Shown here: positions 54,520 through 64,000 of the stretch, piece by piece
Numbering within the stretch: the first letter of the stretch is position 1
Layout of the letters: every line of letters starts with the position of its first letter
Source: an uncultured delta proteobacterium
GTDB lineage: Bacteria > Desulfobacterota > Syntrophobacteria > Syntrophobacterales > Syntrophobacteraceae
Assembly: GCA_963808625.1 (NCBI GenBank)
Contig: CAWEHK010000018.1
Coordinates: 64,001 to 128,000 of the forward strand
Direction: 5' to 3'
DNA: 64,000 nt
The notes under the pieces: model-generated
What the model was told of the DNA's origin: nothing
The model's database searches: none
Seen by the model: only the letters and a program-made list of their open reading frames with translations
Position numbers and translations under genes: made by a program

Positions 54520-56336
54520 TCAGACGTTACGCCCCTCAAGGACCTCCCAGCGCCGGTAAGCGTCCTCCAATTCCCGTTCAAGGGATTCCAGGCGGGCTTT
54601 GGCCCCGGCGATCTCGGCACCGGGTCGCTGGTAAAAAGACGGGTCGGAGAGGGATGCGTACCACTTTGCTTGTTCTGCTTCAAGGGTTTCAATGTGCGGC
54701 GGCAGGGCTTCGAGTTCGCGTTGTTCCTTGTAACTCAGTGATGGGCGGCGTTCCGGCCGGGGCCGCTGCGGCACCGTCGCGGCTGCCGCTTTTTCGGTGC
54801 CCGACGGGGGCAACGGGCCGTCGCTGGCGCAGCCAGTCGTCATAACCCCCGACATATTCACCGACACGGCCCTCGCCTTCAAGCACGAGCGTGCTGGTCA
54901 CCACATTGTTAAGAAACGTCCGGTCATGACTCACCAGGAGGAGAGCGCCCGGATAGTCGAGGAGCAGTTCTTCGAGCAATTCCAGAGTCTCGGTATCGAG
55001 GTCGTTGGTCGGTTCGTCCATGACCAGAACGTTGGACGGTTTGGTGAAGAGCCGCGCCAATAACAGCCGATTCCGTTCTCCGCCGGAGAGGATGCGAACG
55101 GGAGACCTGGCACGTTCCGGGGAGAAAAGGAAATCCTCCAGGTAGCCGAAAATGTGCCGCGGCCTGCCATTGAACACGATGACATCGTTTCCTTCGCCGA
55201 CATTTTCAAGCACCGACTTATCCTCTTCCAGTTGCGTCCGGAGTTGGTCAAAATACGCTATTTCCAGGCGGACGCCGTGGCGCAGCCTGCCCTCCTGCGG
55301 CGGCAACTCCCCGAGAAGGAGGCGGAGCAAGGTGGTCTTCCCGGAACCATTCGGGCCGATGATTCCCACTTTGTCGCCGCGCATGATGAGCGTCGAAAGA
55401 CCGCGGACAACAGGCGTTTCTTTGATGTAGCCGAAACTCACGGCTTCCGCCTCGACGACCAGTTTTCCGGAACGCCCGGCCTCCTGGGTGCGCATCCGCA
55501 CCGACCCGGTGAGTTCACGCCGAGCGCGCCGGGCTTCCCGCATCCTTTCCAGGGCACGAACTCTGCCCTCATTGCGCGTGCGCCGGGCCTTGACTCCCTG
55601 GCGCAGCCAGGTTTCTTCGCGAGCCAGTTTCTTGTCGAACTGGGCCCACTGTTCAGCCTCGGCCTCGAGAAGAGCTTGCTTGCGTTTCTGGAAGTTCTCA
55701 TAATCACACGCCCAGTCGATAAGGCTACCTCGGTCCAATTCAACGATACGCGTTGCGAGTTTTTGCAGCAACAAGCGGTCGTGAGTGACAAAAAGCAGAG
55801 TCCCCCCGGAGCGCAGCAGGAATTCCTCCAGCGACTCGATGGCTTCCACGTCCAAGTGATTGGTAGGTTCGTCCAGGAGCAGAAGGTCGGGATCACGCAC
55901 CAGGCCCCTGGCCAGCATGACGCGCCGCTTAAGACCTGCAGAAAGGGTTTCGAAGGACGCCTGAGGGTCAAGGTTCAAGCGCGAGATGGTTTTCGCCACT
56001 TGCTGATGCTTACGCCATTCAGCCTCATCCTCTCGGGAGAACAAAGCAGCGTTCGAATCATCCAGGCCGCCGGCGACGATATCGGACAACGTTTCCCCAC
56101 AGCCCCTGCGGGACCTCCTGAGGGAGGAGACTCAGGCGCAGACCCTGCTGTCTTGTGATCTCGCCGTCATCCGGAATAAGCTCGCCAACCAACAATCTCA
56201 TCAAGGTGGACTTGCCCGTTCCGTTTCTGCCGACCAAACACACCCGTTCCCCGCGCTCGATTTGAAAGTTGATGCGGTCGAGCAACGGCGGACCCCCGAA
56301 GCTCACACTCACATCCTGCATGCTGATCATCGCCAT
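54520..56336 (-). CDS. uup: ABC-F family ATPase Uup; apparent frameshifts near 56090 and 54750
   Basis: Two ABC cassettes (GRNGTGKS, GPNGSGKT), KARRTRNEGRVRAL, C-terminal LSYKEQRELE...RWE. Confidence 0.92.
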
Positions 56337-56352
56337 ACGGACTTCATCCCTC

Positions 56353-57258
56353 TCATTCAGGACCCTCAGACCTGAGTCCAGGGGGAGGACAGCACCAGAC
56401 CTCGAAGATTGATTCCGTTGCCGGATGGCGCAGGTGAAGACGTTCGGCATGGAGGAGATAGCCGCAATCTCCGGGAAGTGCGTCGCCCCCGTTCAGCAAT
56501 CCTCCGCCCGCCGCATAGAGAGGATCACCCACCAGCGGGTGCCCCGCGGCGGCAAGATGAATGCGGATTTGATGGGGCCTTCCGGTCTCGATCGACACCT
56601 GCAGGAGGGAGGTATCGGCACGGCGCTCAAGAATGCTGACCCGACTCAGTGCGCGCTTACCCGTCGGACAGGCGGCGTGGATCGTCCCCAGGAGCGCGTG
56701 AGGCACCGGCCCGATGGGCGAGGTTATGGAAAAATCGGCCACGGCCGGAATGCCACAGGCCAGAGCCCGATAAACTTTGGTTATTCTATTCTGCCGCATG
56801 GCTGCACAAAGAACGGATCTGGCCCGGGCGGTGCGGGCAAAGAGGACCACTCCCGAAGTGCCCCGCCCGAGGCGATGGATGGGCGTGGCTTCAGGGTAAC
56901 GCTTTTGCACCAAACTAAGGAGCGTGTGCTCAAGGAATCCGCCGCCGGGAATGGTGGGAAGTCCGCAAGGCTTGGCCACTGCCAGCAACTCTTCGTCTTC
57001 GTACAAAACAGCGCAGGCAAGCGGCACATCAGCTTCATTCCAGGGTGGACGGCGCCAAATGAGCATCTGGCCATGTTTCAAAACGGCGTCGCCTCGCGCC
57101 TCGAGACCATCCAGAGCGATTTCACCGTTCGCGATGCGCTCCTGCCAGTCGTCTCGGGAGGAATGGCGATACGCCCGACTCAGATAGGCCAGGACCGCAT
57201 GCCCGTTGCCGCGATGGTCGATTCTTTCCCGATACTCATATCCCCGGTTAAAAGCCAA
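56353..57258 (-). CDS. RluA-family pseudouridine synthase
   Basis: AKPCGL, IHRLGRGTSG, TGRPHQIRIH, PLVGDPLY, LLHA. Confidence 0.9.
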   Translation of the reverse strand: MAFNRGYEYRERIDHRGNGHAVLAYLSRAYRHSSRDDWQERIANGEIALDGLEARGDAVLKHGQMLIWRRPPWNEADVPLACAVLYEDEELLAVAKPCGLPTIPGGGFLEHTLLSLVQKRYPEATPIHRLGRGTSGVVLFARTARARSVLCAAMRQNRITKVYRALACGIPAVADFSITSPIGPVPHALLGTIHAACPTGKRALSRVSILERRADTSLLQVSIETGRPHQIRIHLAAAGHPLVGDPLYAAGGGLLNGGDALPGDCGYLLHAERLHLRHPATESIFEVWCCPPPGLRSEGPE

Positions 57259-57360
57259 TCAGCGAACCTTCCCGCTCTATCTTCATCATAAACTCGGTCT
57301 GACGCCGCTTTTTCACGTGCCCGGTGATCGAAAAGCGAACCCGGCGCATTATGCCCGGGG

Positions 57361-58263
57361 CTAACGGGACGGGGCATCTGCCGGCATGACCCCGTGACCC
57401 GCCGGCGGCAGGAGCGTTTCAATCAGATTGTCTTTTTCCGCCCAAAGGGTGTTCAACCAGTTGTTGAAACGCCGGCGGAATTCCTTGTCCCCAAGATAGT
57501 CCCCGAACAATTCCGGCGTAACCGGCAGCTCTCTCACCCGCACCTTGACGGTCATCGATCTGCAGCACAGAAAGGACCATATGCCCTGAGCGCCCTCCGG
57601 GTAGACGATGGTCACATCCAGGATGGAGTGAAGTTGTTTCCCCAAAGTGTCGAGCACTATCGCCGTGCCGCCGGCTTTGGGTTTCAGCAGGTTTTTGAAG
57701 GGTGAATGCTGCTTCTCCCGCTTTTCGCTGGTGAACCGCGTCCCCTCGATGAAGTTCATGACCGACACCGGAACGGCTTTGAATTTCTCACAGGCATTCC
57801 GGGCCGTCTCGAAGTCTTTCTGCACCGAGGAACTCCTTCGCATAAAAGGGAAATCCAAAACCCACCAGACGATTCCAAGAACCGGAACCCAAATCAGTTC
57901 TTTCTTTAAGAAGAATTTCAAAAATGGGATTTTACGGTGGAAAACCTTTTGCAGAACCACAATATCCACCCAGGTCTGATGGTTGGCCAGCACCAGGTAC
58001 CAGGCATTCGGTTTAAGCGTGTCGACGCCTTCAACATCCCAGTCGATCTTCTTGGTGAACTGCAAGCCTAAGTTGTTGCACATAATCCAATTCCGACCGA
58101 TGGCATTCAACAGCTTACTGCAGAAGGTCCGCCAGCCTTGCGAGGGAATGGCCCATTTGCACAGGGCGACGAAGAGCAACAGGGACGACCAGAAGACGGT
58201 GTTCACAGCCACAACCAACAGCGAGAACCAACCACGGACGGGATCCGGCACGGATTCTAACAT
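57361..58263 (-). CDS. YihG-like 1-acyl-glycerol-3-phosphate acyltransferase
   Basis: NHQTWVD, FFLKKEL, FIEGTRF, LKPKAGG, DVTIVY. Confidence 0.9.
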   Translation of the reverse strand: MLESVPDPVRGWFSLLVVAVNTVFWSSLLLFVALCKWAIPSQGWRTFCSKLLNAIGRNWIMCNNLGLQFTKKIDWDVEGVDTLKPNAWYLVLANHQTWVDIVVLQKVFHRKIPFLKFFLKKELIWVPVLGIVWWVLDFPFMRRSSSVQKDFETARNACEKFKAVPVSVMNFIEGTRFTSEKREKQHSPFKNLLKPKAGGTAIVLDTLGKQLHSILDVTIVYPEGAQGIWSFLCCRSMTVKVRVRELPVTPELFGDYLGDKEFRRRFNNWLNTLWAEKDNLIETLLPPAGHGVMPADAPSR

Positions 58264-58421
58264 GGTCTCTATAGGTTCCTTTCAACAGGGGTACACAGTT
58301 CTGCCGCCATCTCTGGATGGCGTTTCAGCACGGAAAACCTTTCAAAGCCTAAAATCTTCCTGGCGTCAAGATCTAAACCTCGAAAAACAAGCACCTTCCG
58401 CAAACCACAAGCGCGTCGTGG

Positions 58422-60693
58422 TCACGGTTTTTTCAAAGCCGCTTCGAAAGGATTATTGAACCCGCCTTTTCCGGGAGCAGGTTTCCCTTGATCAGCGCGT
58501 TTCTTGGTGGGGGCCGATCCCTTGGTTTGGGATAGTTCCGCCCGGGGCGCCGAAGATGACTTCAAGGAAAGGGAGATGCGGCTTCTTTCCAGGTCCACTT
58601 CGAGGACCGTCACCGTGACCCGCTGGTGAACGCGTACCACCTGCCGGGGGTCGCTCACGAAGTGGTCGGAAAGCTCGCTCACGTGAACCAAACCGTCCCG
58701 GTGCACGCCAATATCCACAAACGCGCCGAAAGCCGTCACATTGGTCACGATTCCGGGGAGCTTCAGGCCCGGCCTGAGGTCCGCCACTTTCTCGATTCCC
58801 GGAGCAAAGGAAAAAGCTTCGAAGGTCTCCCGCGGATCGCGGCCCGGTTTCGCAAGCTCTGAAAGGATATCCTGAAGGGTCGGGAGCCCGGCTTCTTCGG
58901 TTACGTAGCGTGAGGGGTCAATGGCCTGGCGGAGCGTCGCCTCGTGCATCAGGTCGCTCGACCGACAGCCAAGGTCCCGCGCCATGTGCTTTCAACAATG
59001 GGATACGCTTCGGGATGAACGGCGCTCGCATCCAGAGGGTTCGTTGCCATCCCTGATGCGCAGGAAACCCGCTGCCTGCTGGAAAGCTTTGGGACCCAGG
59101 CGCGGGACCTTTTTGAACTCCTCCCGCGAGCCAAAAGGGCCGTGATCATTCCGATAGGTCACGATATTCTTCGCCAGCTGCGGCCCCAGCCCCGAGACAT
59201 AGGCCAGGAGGTGAGGACTTGCGGTATTGACTTCAACGCCTACGGCATTCACACAGCTCATGACGGTGTCGTCCAGGCTTCTCTTCAGAGCACTCTGATC
59301 GACATCATGCTGGTACTGGCCCACCCCGATGGCCTTGGGATCGATCTTCACCAGCTCCGCCAGAGGGTCCATCAGGCGCCTCCCGATCGAAACGGAGCCG
59401 CGAACGGTCAGGTCGTGCTCGGGAAATTCCTCACGGGCCACGCTGGATGCCGAATACACCGACGCCCCGCTTTCATCCGCCATGATGACCTGAATGTCGG
59501 ATCGGCAGACTGAGACTGCGGACAAAAGACTCCGTTTCCCTTCCCGCCGTGCCATTGCCTATGGCAATAGCTTCAATGTCGTATGCGACGGCAAGGCTCT
59601 CGATGCGCTCGGCAGCTTTGACCGAGGACTGGACCCCGGAATGCGGATAGACGGTCTCGCTGTGGATGAGCTTTCCCTGGGGATCCAGGCAGACCACTTT
59701 GCACCCGGTACGGAACCCCGGATCGATGGCCATGACCCGCCTCGGCCCCAAAGGAGGCGCCATTAAGAGATGGCGGAGATTATCGACGAAGATCTGAATC
59801 GCCTCTCGATCGGCCCGCTCCTTGGACCATTGCTTCGCTTCGGTTTCCAGGGAGGGTTGAAGAAGCCTCTTGTAGCTGTCGTGCACCGCAGCCCTGACCT
59901 CCCGGCTTGCGGCCGCCCCCTCGCCCTTTACAAAGAGCCCCTCCAGAATGGACAGAGCCCGCTCTTCGGGAGGTCCGATGTGGACGGTGAGAAAGCCCTC
60001 CTTCTCGCCGCGCCGCACGGCCAGAATCCTATGCGACGGAGCTTTCCCGAGGGATTCCTCCCAATTGTAATAGTCGCGGAATTGGATACCCTCGCCCTCT
60101 TTCCCGGAAATCACCCCGGCGCGGATGACTCCCTGATCGTCAAAAAGCGCCCGCAGTCTTGCCCGAGCTTCGCTATTTTCGCTTACCCACTCGGCAATAA
60201 TATCGCGCGCACCGGCCAGGGCATCTTCTGCGGAGGAGACCCCCTTTTCCGGATTTATCCAGCGGCTCGCTTCAGCAAACGGGTTCGTGGCAGGGTCCTG
60301 AGCGAAGAGCAGATGAGCCAGGGGTTCCAGCCCCTTTTCCCTCGCCATGGAGGCCCTGGTGCGGCGCTTCGGCCGGAAGGGCAAATAGAGGTCTTCCAGG
60401 ACCGCCAGAGTTTCAGCGCCGAGGATCTTCGCTTTGAGCTCGTCGCTCAGGTTGTCCTGGTCTTCGAGGGACTTTAAGACCGCCGCCCGGCGTTTATCGA
60501 GAGCCTCGAGTTGCTCCAACCGATCGCGGATGGCGGTTATCGCGGTCTCATCCAGGGAGCCGGTGGCTTCCTTGCGGTATCGAGCAATGAAGGGAATGGT
60601 AGCCCCATCTTCCAGGAGCTGGGCCGTTGCCCGGACCTGATGGGGCGAAATCTGAAGTTCGCGGGACAGGAGAGCAAGATGCTGTTCGTTCAT
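58422..60693 (-). CDS. tex: Tex transcriptional accessory protein; apparent frameshifts near 59500 and 58990-59030
   Basis: [43 protein letters not shown]-terminal S1 domain. Confidence 0.95.
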
Positions 60694-61158
60694 TTGATTT
60701 CATTAATCCTCAATGAATTACCGGATCGAGAGTCAACCCAGCCGGACCGAAGCGAAGTAGTTCTAGCAGATAACCTCGATGATGGGGAGAGTCGCCAAAT
60801 CATGCCTTGCTTTGCGGATATCCGGTCGATGACTCTCATCCTTTGCCCAAATTGGCATAGAGCTCGTCACTACGTGCCGGATCCGGCAAGTAGATTCCGA
60901 TACCTTGATGACGGGGACATGAACATGCATTCCGCTTTCACCGGAATGGCAGTGGAGCATCATGAGCTGAGCCCTTTATACGAACCGGCCCGAGCACCGC
61001 GTCAACAAGCAGGGTCCGGGTGCTTGAGGAAACCGTGACATTCGGGTTAAATTGAATTGCGCCACCAGGGCCTGAAATGATAAGTCATGGTGGCCTATAT
61101 GCTTATGGACCTTTCCCCATTATGCTTGTTCTAAACCGGATGACAGGAGGGTGCGCAC

Positions 61159-61491
61159 ATGGGGCCAAAGAATACACGGGCGGAGCTCGAGAAGACCTAT
61201 CGGGAGCGGGCGCTCAAGATCCTGCCGTGGATCTGCGCGCGGTGCGGGCGTGAGTTCACCGGCAAGAAGCTGCGGGAACTCACGGTCCATCACAAGGACC
61301 ACAACCACCAGAACAACCCGCCTGACGGCAGCAATTGGGAGCTGCTCTGTCTGTACTGTCACGACAATGAACACTCACGGTCGCTGGACGGGGAATGGTA
61401 TGACGACGTGACGCCGGGCGGTGATCAGGAGCCGAGATCCACCTTCAAGCCCTTTGCAGGCCTTGAAGCCTTGCTGAAAAAGAAAGAATAG
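61159..61491 (+). CDS. YajD-like HNH nuclease
   Basis: YRERALKILPWICARCGREF, HHKDHNH, WELLCLYCHDNEH. Confidence 0.88.
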   Translation: MGPKNTRAELEKTYRERALKILPWICARCGREFTGKKLRELTVHHKDHNHQNNPPDGSNWELLCLYCHDNEHSRSLDGEWYDDVTPGGDQEPRSTFKPFAGLEALLKKKE

Positions 61492-61584
61492 CCGTCACTT
61501 TCCGTCTTCGACGGTCAATCCTTGGCCAAGCCAAAAAATACAGCGCGCAACTCCTCTGAGCATGAAGATCTTGGTGCACGTCGC

Positions 61585-62520
61585 TCAGGGGGCGGAACCG
61601 AGGAGTTCGATGGCATTCGATACGGTCTTGAGCGGCATCTTTTCGAACGGTCTCCGGCAGAAGTCGATCTTGATCCGGTATCTCCCCTCGCGCAGATTCG
61701 GCGGCAGCATCAGGGTGATAAAGTGTGATGTCTTTCTATCGGATATCACCGTGCAGTCGGCGCCGTCCGGTGATATAATCTGAGTCGTTGCCATCGTTTT
61801 GTTGTCGTCGCCGTCAGCGACGAGGGCCACGGACCGCTTGACCCCGAAACCAAAGGTGCTTGCCGAAGCGAACGAAAGCCGCACGGGGTCCCCGGCCCGG
61901 TAACGGTCATAATCGGTGGCAAGATAAATACGCTGGTTATAGTCGCTTTCTCCCGTCCTGACCTGCGAGGTCGCCGCCTCCCAGAACCTCGGCTTTGCCG
62001 CATCGAGGTGGATGCTCGCCCCGCCGTAGTGACCGACGCCGCAGCAGTCCTTGCTTTTGACGAGTTCCCACAGCTTCTTGCCGCTCACCCCTTCGATGCT
62101 GAAATCGAGCGCCATGCCATCCATGTGGATGCTCGTTTTCGCGACATTCCCGCCCCCGTTTCTGAGAGTCGTATTGTACTCAGGGCTGCGATAGCCTGAT
62201 TCCATTTTGATCAGTTTTCCCGGGGCAACCAGGTCGGAAAAATAGTCGAGCATGAAGAGCAGCCGTGGCGAGATGTGTTCGCCCCTCTCCTTTGTCGGAA
62301 ATTCGAAGACCTCGTCGATTTTGGCAAACCCCTCATCGTTCAGGGAACCATCAGGGTTGACAAGGGTCGCCGAAGCCTGCTGTCCGGTATGCATGTTCTT
62401 GATCTGAATCCGCCCGTCACCCATCAGGAAAAATCGACCGGGTCCCGCGTCGGCCGAAACGAGGAAGGGCAGCGTTAACAGTATGAGACAGGACAGAACG
62501 GCTTGAAGCCAAGCCGACAC
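61585..62520 (-). CDS. DUF882/YcbK-like peptidase M15 protein, exported
   Basis: SGYRSPEYN, SIHMDGMALD, GVGHY, IHLD; signal peptide. Confidence 0.85.
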   Translation of the reverse strand: MSAWLQAVLSCLILLTLPFLVSADAGPGRFFLMGDGRIQIKNMHTGQQASATLVNPDGSLNDEGFAKIDEVFEFPTKERGEHISPRLLFMLDYFSDLVAPGKLIKMESGYRSPEYNTTLRNGGGNVAKTSIHMDGMALDFSIEGVSGKKLWELVKSKDCCGVGHYGGASIHLDAAKPRFWEAATSQVRTGESDYNQRIYLATDYDRYRAGDPVRLSFASASTFGFGVKRSVALVADGDDNKTMATTQIISPDGADCTVISDRKTSHFITLMLPPNLREGRYRIKIDFCRRPFEKMPLKTVSNAIELLGSAP

Positions 62521-62807
62521 TGTACTCCGGAAGAGAGTGCCACGGATCGGTTGCCTCCGTTCTTCCTGATTTCGTCATGCCGCGCTCATCCATCTGGATA
62601 TCTCCTCGGGTTTCCAATTATGTCTGATACGCCTTCACCATCACGCACAAAAATGCTGAACCGAGCCTCTTCCCGTGGAGAGCGGAAATTCCATAGAAGA
62701 TCTCCGTTTATACGAAAGATCCCGGGAAAAGCTCGCCAACCGGATTGGCGGAACGCACATCACCTTCGGCGAATCAAGGCCTGATCCCGATCCAAAAGGG
62801 TTTTCGA

Positions 62808-64000
62808 TTACTCGGGATGGAAGTCCCACAACAACTCCCCATGAGAAGAGAGTTGGACCTGAAGGTGTCCCCGCCAGTTGTCATCATCCTGTTCCGGAAA
62901 ATCCTCTCGAAAATGAGCGCCTCGGCTCTCACAACGGCGCAGGGCCCCTTCAAGAATAAGCGCCGCCACTCTGGCGGCCGAGTGGAGTTCCACAATTCTT
63001 GACGGGTCACTGCCGCCGTGCCGGGGAGGAAAGTCCTTCAGCGCATCCGACATTTTTTTCACCGCAGTGGCCGCACTGACCAGGCCTTCCCGGTTTCTTA
63101 TGATACCGCCATCCCGCCACATTATTTCTCGGAGCCTTTGTCGCAAATCGACATCGGGACCTTGAGCCCTCTCCCAGGCCAATGCGCGTTCTCTCAACAG
63201 CCCCGAGAGCAATCGCTGATCGCCGCCGCCGCTCCTCTTTGCCCAATCCGCGGCCGCATCGCCGGCCCTGGCCCCAAAGACCAGGGTCTCGCTCAGGGCG
63301 TTCCCTCCCATTCGGTTGGCCCCGTGAAGCCCCCCGGCAACTTCTCCGGCCGCAAACAACCCGGGAACGGTGGTCGCCCCCAGACGATCAATCAGAACGC
63401 CACCCATCACATGGTGCGCCACGGGAGAGACACGCACCGGTCGATGCTTTGCCCCGTATCGTTCGCCGAGAAGAGGACTCAGGGCCGCAGAAAATGGATC
63501 GGCGCGCCAGACCTCGTCGGAGAGGCCTTCAAGATGCAGCAGGACTTCGAGACCGTTTCGATAAATCTCCATGAAGATGGCCTGAGAGAGCTTATCCCGG
63601 GCCCTTTCGGCGGCCGGGCGCTCCTCTATTCCATATTTGTCAAGGATGGGTTCCCCGAGGCTGTTTACGAGTCGACCGCAATCAGCCAATCGCGGGGGGA
63701 CCACAAGAGGCGGCCGTCCGGGTTCGGCCAGGGCCACAGGATAGAACTGCACAAATTCCATATCCTGAAGAGCCGCTCCGGCCTCCAGAGCCAAGCGGTA
63801 GCCGTCTCCCAGAATCCGTTTCGGGTTGTCATGGCGAAGATAGAGGGCGGAGGCCCCACCCGTCGCCAGGATGACAGCTTTCGCGGTAACAGCCAGCCAC
63901 CTGCGCGAAACTTCCTCGTAGGCGTTGACCCCAACCGATCCGCCCTTCACGACTAAATCAGCGACCAGCAGGTTCCCAGTGAAGCGGGTCCCCAATGCCA
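62808..64000 (-). CDS. FAD-dependent oxidoreductase of the SdhA/FrdA/NadB family (5-prime end outside the window)
   Basis: VILATGG, MEFVQFYP, HHVMGG, GLHGANRMGGN, ESRGAHFREDFP. Confidence 0.9.
   Translation of the reverse strand, partial: ALGTRFTGNLLVADLVVKGGSVGVNAYEEVSRRWLAVTAKAVILATGGASALYLRHDNPKRILGDGYRLALEAGAALQDMEFVQFYPVALAEPGRPPLVVPPRLADCGRLVNSLGEPILDKYGIEERPAAERARDKLSQAIFMEIYRNGLEVLLHLEGLSDEVWRADPFSAALSPLLGERYGAKHRPVRVSPVAHHVMGGVLIDRLGATTVPGLFAAGEVAGGLHGANRMGGNALSETLVFGARAGDAAADWAKRSGGGDQRLLSGLLRERALAWERAQGPDVDLRQRLREIMWRDGGIIRNREGLVSAATAVKKMSDALKDFPPRHGGSDPSRIVELHSAARVAALILEGALRRCESRGAHFREDFPEQDDDNWRGHLQVQLSSHGELLWDFHPE

Noticed and set aside
60763..60963. 66-aa ORF upstream of tex
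   Set aside because: No motif and weak RBS; not supportable from sequence alone.

Overview
Bacterial chromosomal window, inferred from gene content to come from an anaerobic Desulfobacterota (Syntrophobacteraceae-like) organism. Housekeeping-type flanks (1-10.3 kb: [NiFe] hydrogenase small subunit, sigma-54 regulator, mazG, cvpA, class I fumarase, dusB; 49.2-64 kb: lipocalin, Fe-S aldo/keto reductases, MFS, uup, rluA-like, yihG-like, tex, HNH, DUF882, FAD oxidoreductase) enclose a ~38 kb mosaic accessory region. That region holds envelope, transport and hydrolase genes (DUF3313, patatin, DUF362, arcD-arcA, RND pump, NhaC, UPF0182, sulfatase plus maturase) and truncated gene fragments. The most notable non-coding signals are: (i) a decayed IS110 element whose left non-coding end looks like a bridge RNA, with guide segments matching its own right end and the flanking target; (ii) several small elements made of IS-like terminal inverted repeats wrapped around REP-like palindromes, some with target duplications and matching empty sites in the window; (iii) a duplicated ~115 bp promoter module in front of unrelated accessory genes; (iv) a GGA-rich, end-paired tract behind a sigma-54-driven pseudo-receiver gene. 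About a dozen genes carry single-base frameshifts that look like long-read consensus errors. Family names come from motif recognition, not database searches. No rRNA, tRNA or CRISPR array was seen.
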